Shown here: piece by piece, positions 19,053-27,525 of the stretch
Numbering within the stretch: the first letter of the stretch is position 1
Layout: the number at the start of each line of letters is the position of its first letter
Origin: an uncultured Clostridia bacterium
GTDB taxonomy: Bacteria > Bacillota > Clostridia > TANB77 > CAG-508
Assembly (NCBI GenBank): GCA_944392105.1
Contig: CALXVM010000008.1
Span: 2,148 to 66,147, forward strand
DNA length: 64,000 bases
Reading direction: 5' to 3'
Notes under the pieces: generated by a model
What the model was told of the DNA's origin: nothing
The model's input: only the letters and a program-made list of their open reading frames with translations
Database searches by the model: none
Position numbers and translations under genes: made by a program

Positions 19053-20492
19053 GTGAAAAAAATAAATAAAATTTTATTTACAATTATTTTAATAATTGTA
19101 TTAGTAACAATTTCTAGCTATACATTTGCTGTAAACATTACTTCTACAAACGAAAGCGTTTCAAACACAACGCAAACAACTGGTGGAAGTTCAAAAATTA
19201 CAGTATTCGAGTTAGTTAGCGATAAATCTTGCACAATGAATTTAGGAGACAAAGGAAGATTTGAGAAAAAAGTAGCAGATTTTGATGCAACAGAAAAAAG
19301 TATTACTTTACAATTAAGCTTAGTAAATACATCTGCTCCATCTGAGGTTACAAAACCATCTGAATTATTTTTAGTAATAGATAATTCAAACAGTATGGTT
19401 GAAAACTCAACAGAAGCAGGAATTACAAGAAAAGAAGCCGTTATAGAAGCTGCTAGTAAATTATCAGAAACATTACTTAAAGCATATCCAGATTTAAAAA
19501 TTGGTGTGGTAAGTTTCTCTAGTAAAGACGGCGAAGAAGGAACTTTAGCAGATGCAAAATTGGAGCAAGGATTAACAAGTGATGAATCTCAAGTAAAAAC
19601 AGCTCTTGCAAATATAGAAACAAGTAATGGTGCAAGAACCAACATAGAAGCAGGACTTACAATAGCAGAACAAAATTATACTGATGCAGACAATACAAAA
19701 GTTTTAGTATTATTAAGTGACGGAGTTCCTAATAACGACGCACACGGAAACTTCTCTACTTATTCAGGAGATGTAGCTACTAATACTAAAGCAAAATTAC
19801 AAGAATTAGACAATAACGGAATTAGCATATTAGGTGCCATGATTGGTCTTAATGGAGACGACATCGAGCCAACTACACAAAGAACATATCAAGCTTTAGC
19901 AGAAGAAATATTCGGTACTCCAGAAGAACCTACAGTTGGAAAATTCTACTATATACAAGACCAAGAAATTGAAGAAACACTTAATAATACTATAGTAGAT
20001 ATACTTATTCCAACACCAGACACAAAATTACAAAATGTAGTAATTAAAGACTACTTCCCACAAACTATTATAGACAATTTCAATTTTGAATATGTTGCAT
20101 CACCTAATATTGGAGATGTTAGTACAGAAATAGACAAATCAGATAACAGCATTACTTGGACAATAGAAGTATTAAACGAAGACGAAGTTGCTACATTAAG
20201 CTACAAACTTACATTAAAAGATGACTTTAATAAAGAAATTCTTGATGAAATATTACCTACAAATGAAAAAGTAGACATCACTTATGGAGAAGACGGTCAC
20301 GTTGAATCAGACGACTCTCCTACAGTTAGAGTAAAAGAAGAAGTTCCTCCACAAAAGGAAGACAACACTACTGCACAAGACCCTATTCCACAAACAGGAA
20401 ATAATAGTTTTATAGCATTAGCAGTAATCGTAAGTATAGCTATAGTTTTAGCAATAGTAGGAATTCAAATAAAGAAACATAATAATAAATAA
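19053..20492 (+). CDS. Cell-wall-anchored von Willebrand factor A domain protein (IPQTG sorting signal)
   Basis: MIDAS DNSNSM and LLSDGVPN. The C-terminus is PIPQTGNN + hydrophobic helix + KKHNNK, a sortase signal. GTG 19053 (RBS AAAGGAGAG) is preferred to the track start 18996. Confidence 0.8.
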   Translation: MKKINKILFTIILIIVLVTISSYTFAVNITSTNESVSNTTQTTGGSSKITVFELVSDKSCTMNLGDKGRFEKKVADFDATEKSITLQLSLVNTSAPSEVTKPSELFLVIDNSNSMVENSTEAGITRKEAVIEAASKLSETLLKAYPDLKIGVVSFSSKDGEEGTLADAKLEQGLTSDESQVKTALANIETSNGARTNIEAGLTIAEQNYTDADNTKVLVLLSDGVPNNDAHGNFSTYSGDVATNTKAKLQELDNNGISILGAMIGLNGDDIEPTTQRTYQALAEEIFGTPEEPTVGKFYYIQDQEIEETLNNTIVDILIPTPDTKLQNVVIKDYFPQTIIDNFNFEYVASPNIGDVSTEIDKSDNSITWTIEVLNEDEVATLSYKLTLKDDFNKEILDEILPTNEKVDITYGEDGHVESDDSPTVRVKEEVPPQKEDNTTAQDPIPQTGNNSFIALAVIVSIAIVLAIVGIQIKKHNNK

Positions 20493-20505
20493 TAGAATAT
20501 AAAAG

Positions 20506-20530
20506 CACTCCCTGTAATAGGGAGTGTTTT
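20506..20530 (+). terminator. Rho-independent terminator
   Basis: CACTCCCT-GTAAT-AGGGAGTG followed by TTTT, directly after the vWA gene stop. Confidence 0.8.
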
Positions 20531-20533
20531 TGT

Positions 20534-20609
20534 TGGTTGGGGTACTAGGATTCGAACCTAGGAAATGTCGGAGCCAGAGTCCGATGCCTTACCGCTTGGC
20601 GATACCCCA
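20534..20609 (-). tRNA. tRNA-Gln (anticodon CUG)
   Basis: Minus-strand TGGGGTATCGCCAAGCGGTAAGGCATCGGACTCTGGCTCCGAC...GGTTCGAATCCTAGTACCCCAACCA. Cloverleaf folded by hand, anticodon loop CTCTGGC, encoded CCA. Confidence 0.85.
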
Positions 20610-20784
20610 ATTTAAAAAATTTATAACATAATACTTTAATATTATATCATAAATTTTTTATTTGTCTATTTTTTTACATTATATTTCAAATATTTCTTAG
20701 CTGTTTTTTGGAATGTTTTTTTGAACACCACCCGATGTTTTAAAATACATCTTTCATGTTTTTTGGACACTTTTCAAAACATAA

Positions 20785-20839
20785 GCTGACCTGTCCCCGA
20801 TTTCCCAAATCGGGAAATTGGGACCTGTCCCTAATTTCC
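20785..20839 (-). repeat. Family-A palindromic repeat, one full ~55-bp unit
   Basis: GCTGACCTGTCCCCGATTTCCCAAATCGGGAAATTGGGACCTGTCCCTAATTTCC. Its last 9 nt encode G-N-stop of the M23 gene. Confidence 0.85.
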
Positions 20840-22105
20840 AGGTGGGTTAACATATTTTAGTGGGTCTTGCGTGTAGCCGTTTATTCTTACTTCGAAGTGG
20901 CAGTGTGGACCTGTAGAATTTCCTGTTGATCCTACTTCCATTATTAAGTCGCCTTGTTTTACTTGTTTGCCTTTTTCTGTTAGTATTTTTTGTCCGTGAG
21001 CATACAATGTTGTAATTCCGTTTCCATGGTCTATCATAACGCAGTTTCCATAGCTTCCCAATTCTCCTGCATAAGATACTACGCCATCTAGTGCTGCGAC
21101 TATAGGTGCTCCATAGTCTGCTCCTCCTATGTCTAAACCTTGATGTAGTTTTACTACACCTTGTATTGGGTGCTCTCTTATTCCATAATTAGATGTTATT
21201 ACGGTTCCAGACACCGCTACAGGCCAAATTAATGCTCCTCCTGTGTATTGTATATCTATGCTTGGAGTTGTAGAAATTTGCATTATTAATGTTTCTATTC
21301 TTAATTGCTCATTTTTGTATGCTGTTATTTCGTCATTAAGCTTTTTCTCGTTTTCTTGTAGGCTGTTAACATATCCTTGTTGCAAGCTTCTTGTATTACT
21401 AAGTACAAGTGACATCTGTTCTGCTTTTGCCTTTATTACTTTTGTTTGAGCATTTTCGTTCTCTATTTTTTGTTTATATTGTTCTATCTCTTCTTTTTTC
21501 TGAGCAACTTCATTCATAAGGTTAATATCTACTTCTGTTATTTGTCTCATAAAATAAATAGATGACAAAAACTCTGGTAAACTTTTAGACCTTAATAATA
21601 CATCTAAATATGATACCTCTCCTGCTTTAGATATTGCTACAAGTCTTTTTCTTACTGTGTCGTCCTTTTGCTCATAGTCTTTTGTTGTCTCTTCTAATTC
21701 TATTGTCATTGATTTTATAGATTCTTCATAACTGTTTACTTTGTTATTTAGTTCGTTAATTTGATTTTCATAATCTCTTATAGAATCGTCCAATTTTTGA
21801 ATTTGAAGTAGAGTATTTGACATTTCGTTTTGTACATATTCAAGTTGTAAACTAGATTGATTTATTTTTTCTTCGACTTCTTCTTTTTGTTGGTTTAAAC
21901 TGTCTATAGTATTTGTAGCTTGATTTTGCTCTGTGTTTGAGCCTTCGTTATTCTGTGTAGTTGCATTTGTAGTATTTGAATTTGTGCTTGTCATAGAAGT
22001 ACCTGCATTTTCGCTTGCTATGTCTATACTACTTGCTATAACTGTAACAGAATAACTAATTATTAAAATTAAAGCAAGGAGAGTGCAAAGTATTTTGTTT
22101 TTCAA
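20831..22105 (-). CDS. Coiled-coil M23 family metallopeptidase (EnvC/PcsB-like architecture)
   Basis: Signal peptide, long coiled coil, and an M23 domain with HQGLDIG and GPHCHFEVR. It lies downstream of ftsEX. Confidence 0.85.
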   Translation of the reverse strand: MKNKILCTLLALILIISYSVTVIASSIDIASENAGTSMTSTNSNTTNATTQNNEGSNTEQNQATNTIDSLNQQKEEVEEKINQSSLQLEYVQNEMSNTLLQIQKLDDSIRDYENQINELNNKVNSYEESIKSMTIELEETTKDYEQKDDTVRKRLVAISKAGEVSYLDVLLRSKSLPEFLSSIYFMRQITEVDINLMNEVAQKKEEIEQYKQKIENENAQTKVIKAKAEQMSLVLSNTRSLQQGYVNSLQENEKKLNDEITAYKNEQLRIETLIMQISTTPSIDIQYTGGALIWPVAVSGTVITSNYGIREHPIQGVVKLHQGLDIGGADYGAPIVAALDGVVSYAGELGSYGNCVMIDHGNGITTLYAHGQKILTEKGKQVKQGDLIMEVGSTGNSTGPHCHFEVRINGYTQDPLKYVNPPGN

Positions 22106-22266
22106 TTTTACTTAGCCTCCTCCTTGTATTATATTTATGTATTTTATTTATATTTAATATGTATTTTAATCTTTTTATTTGCAATGTATTTAAATTAAAC
22201 ATTTAAAGTTTTATTTAACAATTTATTAATATTTTATGTAATGCTTTATTATAATTTATTTATATT

Positions 22267-23436
22267 TTACCAGTGAGTGTAATTTAATGGATTTACTTCC
22301 CAACCATAGCTAGGTTGCGTTAATACTTCAAAATGTAAATGTGGTCCACTTCCTATTCCAGAGTTACCACTTCTTGCAATTTGTTGTCCTCTTGATACAT
22401 ATTGTCCTGCACTAACACTTGCACTATCTAGATGTTGATATCTAGTATACAAATTACTAGCATGTCTTATTAAAACAAATAACCCTCTTGCACTTGTATA
22501 TTGTACATTTAAAACATAACCATCTTCGGCTGCATAAACTGGAGTCCCAACGGAAACTCCTATATCTATCCCTCTATGATTTGTGCTAGCTCCTGGAACA
22601 GGAGATTCTCTTCCTCCAAAGTATGATGTTATATTATTATATCCATTTGAACTAGAAGACAAAGGCCATCCTAAAGTTCCTGAAAAGTTTCCTGTATAAA
22701 TGCCTTCTTCTTCTAACTTATCATTATAACTCTCTATTTTTTTATCTACCTCTTTTAAGTCGTATATATATTTATCTAATGCATCTTGTACTTCTTTATC
22801 TTCTGCATCTAATGCTGCAACTTTTTCCTCTTTTGCTTGCTTACTTACAGATAATTGTTTTTGCTTTGCTTCAACAGATTTTTTTGAAGTATCTAACTCA
22901 GTCTTTTCAGCCTCTAGCTCTTTTTTTGCTTTTTCTATTTGTTTCTGGCTTTCTGAAATTTCCTCCATCATTTGCTTATCTGCTGCTGTTAACTCAGAAA
23001 CAATATGTGCATTTGATATAAAATCCATAAAGTTATCTGAACCAAGCAAAACATCTAAATAACTAATTTGACCATATTTTTGTGTAAAAACTAGTTTTTC
23101 TTGTAATTGCTCATCTTTTTCCTTATAATCTTCTTCTAATTGTTTTATTTCTTCTTCTTTGTTACTAATATCTGTTTCCAAAGAAGATATTTCATCTTCT
23201 AAATTTGCTATTTCCACTTCATATTTTGTTATAGAATCCTCTATAGACTGTATTTCATCTAAAGCTGTGGACTTTTCTTCTTGTATTTCGTCTTGTCTTG
23301 CTTCTTGCTCACTTATCATTTCGTTCAAATTTTCTGCTTGCTCTCTCCAATCTTCCAAACTATCTGCCATTACAGTTGTTGTAAATCCTAACAACATTAC
23401 TCCTGCTAGAAAAACTGAAATAACTTTTCTTTTCAT
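22267..23436 (-). CDS. Coiled-coil M23 family metallopeptidase (second copy)
   Basis: Signal peptide, coiled coil, and an M23 domain with HRGIDIG and GPHLHFEV. Confidence 0.85.
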   Translation of the reverse strand: MKRKVISVFLAGVMLLGFTTTVMADSLEDWREQAENLNEMISEQEARQDEIQEEKSTALDEIQSIEDSITKYEVEIANLEDEISSLETDISNKEEEIKQLEEDYKEKDEQLQEKLVFTQKYGQISYLDVLLGSDNFMDFISNAHIVSELTAADKQMMEEISESQKQIEKAKKELEAEKTELDTSKKSVEAKQKQLSVSKQAKEEKVAALDAEDKEVQDALDKYIYDLKEVDKKIESYNDKLEEEGIYTGNFSGTLGWPLSSSSNGYNNITSYFGGRESPVPGASTNHRGIDIGVSVGTPVYAAEDGYVLNVQYTSARGLFVLIRHASNLYTRYQHLDSASVSAGQYVSRGQQIARSGNSGIGSGPHLHFEVLTQPSYGWEVNPLNYTHW

Positions 23437-23617
23437 ATTGTTTCCCTCTCTTTAATTTTTTATAAATGTTTTTTTAATATTTATAAATTTTATAAAGTTT
23501 TTTATGCATATTTTTTAAGAACTATTGCTGTGTTTTTCTTCTAAAATTATTTTTAAGAATTATTAAATAATATTTCTTTTAATACCTCTTCAATTTCATT
23601 AAAGCAGTTATGGATTT

Positions 23618-24517
23618 TTAAACCTCTAGGTATTTTCTCATAGATATCATACTTCCTATAACACCTATTCCTATTCCTAAACTTAAGTAAACTGTTAATA
23701 CCAATCCAAACATGTCTGAGAACGATATAATTCCCAATGGCAATGCTGTAGTCTGTAATAAGTTTAATACCGCATTTGCAGTACCATTATAAGCAAAACC
23801 TAGTAACACTATAGAAATTAATGCAGAAATTACACCTATAATAATACCCTCTACCACAAATGGCCATCTAATAAATCCATTTGTAGCACCAACATATTTC
23901 ATAATTGATATTTCTTTTCTTCTTGCATGAACTGTTAATTTTATTGTATTTGTAATAATAAATATTGAGATAAGTACTAACAAAACAAGAATTACAATTG
24001 ATGCTGTATTTATTCCATTTGCAATTTTTACAAGTGTATTTATAGTATTTGACCTAATCTCTACATTGTCAACAATATCGTTTTTCTCTATTGCATTTTT
24101 TACTTGCTCACTTTTTTCTAAGTCTGTAAGAGTTACTACATATGAGTCTTGTAATGGGTTTCTATCTCCTTCGTACATCTCAACCATTTCTGGGTTTTCT
24201 TTAAATACTGAATCTTTTATTTGGTTTAAGCTTTCATCCTTTGTTCTAAAAACTACAGTATTTACTCCATCTAAGTTTCTTATTTGCTCACCTAACTGTG
24301 TTTTTTGCTCTTGAGTTATGCTATCATCATTTTTTATAAATACTTGCATACCTTGTTGTTTTTCTATGTCATCAATCATATGATTAACATTTTCGCCAAT
24401 TGCAAAGAATATACCAAATATAAACATTGTTGCACACATTATTACTAAAGATGCAACTGTTGATTTTTTGTTTTTGAATACATTTCTAAATCCTTCACTT
24501 ATTAAATATCCTAACAC
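23618..24517 (-). CDS. ftsX: Cell division permease-like protein FtsX
   Basis: TM1, a large extracellular loop, then three C-terminal TM helices. It follows ftsE with a 2-nt gap. Confidence 0.9.
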   Translation of the reverse strand: MLGYLISEGFRNVFKNKKSTVASLVIMCATMFIFGIFFAIGENVNHMIDDIEKQQGMQVFIKNDDSITQEQKTQLGEQIRNLDGVNTVVFRTKDESLNQIKDSVFKENPEMVEMYEGDRNPLQDSYVVTLTDLEKSEQVKNAIEKNDIVDNVEIRSNTINTLVKIANGINTASIVILVLLVLISIFIITNTIKLTVHARRKEISIMKYVGATNGFIRWPFVVEGIIIGVISALISIVLLGFAYNGTANAVLNLLQTTALPLGIISFSDMFGLVLTVYLSLGIGIGVIGSMISMRKYLEV

Positions 24518-24519
24518 AA

Positions 24520-25233
24520 TTACACCTCACTATTATAGCCACCTTTTTTGTCGTCCCTAATAATGTGGCCATCTTCTATTTGTATTACTCTTTTTTTCAT
24601 TTTGTCTACTATATCTTTTGCATGTGTTGCTACAACAACAGTTGTTCCTCTTTTATTAATGTCGTCTAGTAATGTCATAATATCCCATGCTGTGTCTGGG
24701 TCTAAGTTTCCTGTAGGCTCATCTGCAATAAGCATTGATGGGTTATTTACTAAAGCTCTTGCTAAAGCAACCCTTTGTTGCTCTCCACCAGATAGCTCAT
24801 TTGGATAAACTTTTGCTTTGTTACTTAATCCAACAAGTGACAAAACCATTGGAACTTGCCTTCTTATATGTCTTTTTGTTGCATTAACAATGTACATCGC
24901 AAAAGCAACATTGTCATAAACAGTTTTATCTGGCAAAAGTCTAAAGTCTTGGAAAACAACTCCCATACTTCTTCTTAAATATGGAACTCTTTTTGGTTTT
25001 AAATATGTTGTATCTTTGCCATTAATTATAATGTTTCCTGATGTAGGATTTTCCTCTTTTAAAATTAACTTAATTAATGTTGACTTTCCTGAACCAGAAG
25101 TACCTACTAAAAACGCAAACTCACCTTTTTCTATGTTGAAATTTGCCTTATGAACTGCTTCTGTCCCTGTATCGTATGTTTTACTAACGTTTCTAAATTC
25201 AATCATCAGTATCTCCTCGTCACTTTTTGACAT
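24520..25233 (-). CDS. ftsE: Cell division ATP-binding protein FtsE
   Basis: Walker A GTSGSGKST, ABC signature LSGGEQQRVALARAL, Walker B MLIADEPTGNLD. The true start may be the internal MIEFRNV. Confidence 0.93.
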   Translation of the reverse strand: MSKSDEEILMIEFRNVSKTYDTGTEAVHKANFNIEKGEFAFLVGTSGSGKSTLIKLILKEENPTSGNIIINGKDTTYLKPKRVPYLRRSMGVVFQDFRLLPDKTVYDNVAFAMYIVNATKRHIRRQVPMVLSLVGLSNKAKVYPNELSGGEQQRVALARALVNNPSMLIADEPTGNLDPDTAWDIMTLLDDINKRGTTVVVATHAKDIVDKMKKRVIQIEDGHIIRDDKKGGYNSEV

Positions 25234-25414
25234 TATATAATAAATTACAACATTATAATAACAATAAAATATATTATTTGCAATATATTTTTAGATAAAA
25301 TTCACAGAAAATTTACATTTGGTTAAATTTAATTTTTTTATGATGTTACATATAGTTTTATGTAAAGCAAATAATTGTATTTTAATTGTTATTAATTGTA
25401 TTGCTATGCAAAAA

Positions 25415-25450
25415 AAAGATAGTATTTTTATTTAATAAAATACTATCTTT
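25415..25450 (-). terminator. 14-bp stem hairpin ending the variable-gene 2 transcript
   Basis: AAAGATAGTATTTT (25415-25428) pairs with AAAATACTATCTTT (25437-25450). Confidence 0.6.
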
Positions 25451-25580
25451 ATCAATTTTTATATTAGGTAAACTTTTTATTCTTTTCCTCTGCCATCTCT
25501 ATTTTCCCCCAATCTATATCATCTATTATTATAGGTTACTATATAGTTTACCGTACATCTATATGAGATATTTTGGTATT

Positions 25581-25721
25581 GCACCCGTGAAATACCCGAC
25601 CTCGTATTTTGCGTTTTGAGGCATTTTGTCCGACTTTCGAATGATTTATCATAGGTTGTGCTATTTTAGGTGGTATTTACGCCTATTGTGTGCGTTTTAG
25701 AGGCATATTTTGTAGTCACAT
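25581..25721 (-). other. Conserved 3' UTR element (copy 2 of 3)
   Basis: Near-identical over most positions to 53892-54033 and more loosely to 11701-11847. Each copy has two CTCYAAAACGCA boxes, and candidate stems show compensatory changes (CCTC..GAGG, and CTT..AAG in copy 1). Confidence 0.55.
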
Positions 25722-27179
25722 CTAATTTGCGACCAAGACCGGACGGAACGAAGTGTTGCTGCTAGCACCGCCATCGTTGCCGTTGAAATAGAACACGCCA
25801 GCACTCGAGCCATCGTTGTAATAGCCTCCGCGGATGAAGAAAGGAGCGCTCGTGCCAGGAAAGCCAGAGTAATCGCCGTACCACGATCCGTTGCTTGAGT
25901 TACCGTTTGAGCTCGTCTCGTAAACCGCGTCTCCATACACTCCTGCATTTGCACTGTAATTACTACTGTTATTATCTGAACTTCCTTTTGCATACACGTT
26001 CTTCGTCTTTGAGTCACTACTATTTACTAAACTTGCTCCATAGTTTGTTAAGCTTGCATTTCCATTATTTACATATGCTGCTACATATTCCCATGCTCCT
26101 CCGCTCATATCATATACTCCATACACATTTCCCGTTGTACTTGCTTTTACTCCTTGTGTACTTGTATAATCTGTCGTTGTTCCTGTATTTTGAGATGCAC
26201 TTGCACTATTTCCTGCTGATCCTGTTATGAAACTGCTACTATTATTTATCCATACTTCTTCTGTTTCTTTTCCATATTTACTTTTACTTAAATATGCTAC
26301 TGCTCCCCACTCATCATTTTTCATCATATGGCTATTTAGTGTGCTATTATAACTTTTACATTTATTATATATATCATTTACACTTATACCTCTCCAGCTC
26401 TGTACTCCTGGTTGTACCTTTATTACTCCACTACTTCCTGCACTACTTGAGCTTGCATTACTTTGGCTTGCTTCAAATTTTGCTACCCATATTCCACTTA
26501 CTGTTTGCCCATAGTTAAATGCTGGATGGATATTCCAGTTTCCTTGTCCACTTGCATTATTAAAGCTTGTTCTTCCACTTGTTGTTTCGTTTCTTGTTCC
26601 TTTCATAAATTCTACTGCTATTGTTCCTGTACTGCTACTATGATATCCACTTGTTATACTATATGCAAACCTTGGTATCCATACCCACATACTTCCATCT
26701 GCTGTTTTTGCGTTTGCCCATTCCTTATTTTCATAATCATACCATTCTGGGTTGCTTCCGTCTGTTTCTACCCAATCTCCTGCTCCCTCATTTGCTGTTT
26801 CGTCCCATTTTATTGGCGTCATTCCTTCTCCTAAATTTGGTGTGTTTACTCCTTTGTCTTCACTAAAACTTCCATCACTTGGCAATTCTGGCTCTTCTGG
26901 TGTTGTTCCGCTTCCGCCTATTCCATTTAGCATATTTTCCATATAGTCTGCTATTTCATTCATTTGTGTTTGTTCATTTATTGTTGCTTCTTTTGTTTTG
27001 TTTGCCGCTTCTTGTGCCTTTGCTATTATTCCGTTTTCACTAAATACTAAGCTTATTGTTATTCCTGCTAATATCAATAATACTACAATTGTTACAACTA
27101 GTGCTATTAGTGTTATACCTTGTGTTTTTTTACAATATGTTTTGCTACTATCTTTTTGCAATAAAAATGTTTTCTCCAT
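25722..27179 (-). CDS. Pilin-like N-terminus / C-type-lectin-fold (FGE-sulfatase-like) surface protein with hypervariable C-terminus, paralog 2
   Basis: ATG 27179 with RBS GGGAGG is preferred over the track start 27242. Leader MEKTFLLQKDSSKTYCKKTQG, then ITLIALVVTIVVLLILAGITISLVF (class III signal-like). C-terminal GVYDMSGGAWEYV ... PFFIRGGYYNDGSSAGVFYF ... SFRPVLVAN. Confidence 0.8.
   Translation of the reverse strand: MEKTFLLQKDSSKTYCKKTQGITLIALVVTIVVLLILAGITISLVFSENGIIAKAQEAANKTKEATINEQTQMNEIADYMENMLNGIGGSGTTPEEPELPSDGSFSEDKGVNTPNLGEGMTPIKWDETANEGAGDWVETDGSNPEWYDYENKEWANAKTADGSMWVWIPRFAYSITSGYHSSSTGTIAVEFMKGTRNETTSGRTSFNNASGQGNWNIHPAFNYGQTVSGIWVAKFEASQSNASSSSAGSSGVIKVQPGVQSWRGISVNDIYNKCKSYNSTLNSHMMKNDEWGAVAYLSKSKYGKETEEVWINNSSSFITGSAGNSASASQNTGTTTDYTSTQGVKASTTGNVYGVYDMSGGAWEYVAAYVNNGNASLTNYGASLVNSSDSKTKNVYAKGSSDNNSSNYSANAGVYGDAVYETSSNGNSSNGSWYGDYSGFPGTSAPFFIRGGYYNDGSSAGVFYFNGNDGGASSNTSFRPVLVAN
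25725..25935 (-). other. G+C-rich hypervariable patch (DGR-type variable region candidate, VR2)
   Basis: See the finding at 25722-25935. Stop-spanning hairpin at 25714-25734 (7 pairs in the mRNA sense, including 2 G-U). Confidence 0.65.
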
Positions 27180-27289
27180 GTTATTCCTCCCACTTTTGTT
27201 TCTTTTGTTATTGTTTCCCATTTTTTTATTTTTAATCATCATTTTACTTATAGGAACAATCTTTTCTTTTTATTTCAATTTGCGATATT

Positions 27290-27312
27290 ATTATATCATC
27301 TCATTATGAGAT
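27290..27312 (-). promoter_or_regulatory. -10 box (TATAAT) abutted by palindrome ATCTCAT-N-ATGAGAT upstream of variable gene 2
   Basis: Minus-strand TATAAT is the complement of 27290-27295. The palindrome is at 27298-27312. The same ATCTCA-N3-TGAGAT core abuts a TATAAT upstream of paralog 4. Confidence 0.4.
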
Positions 27313-27525
27313 TTTGCATTTCTTTTATATTACATTTTTATTACAATTTCATTTCGTTTTCATATACTTTTAAGTGCATTTTATCTAAACGAATAATTAT
27401 ACTCTTATTTCTTTATCCTAAAAACCTATTTTTACATAAAAAATAGAAGGCATAGTAAAATGCCCTCCAAATATAAATTTCCTATTTTAACATTTATTAA
27501 CTTATTTAATCTATTTAATTTATTT

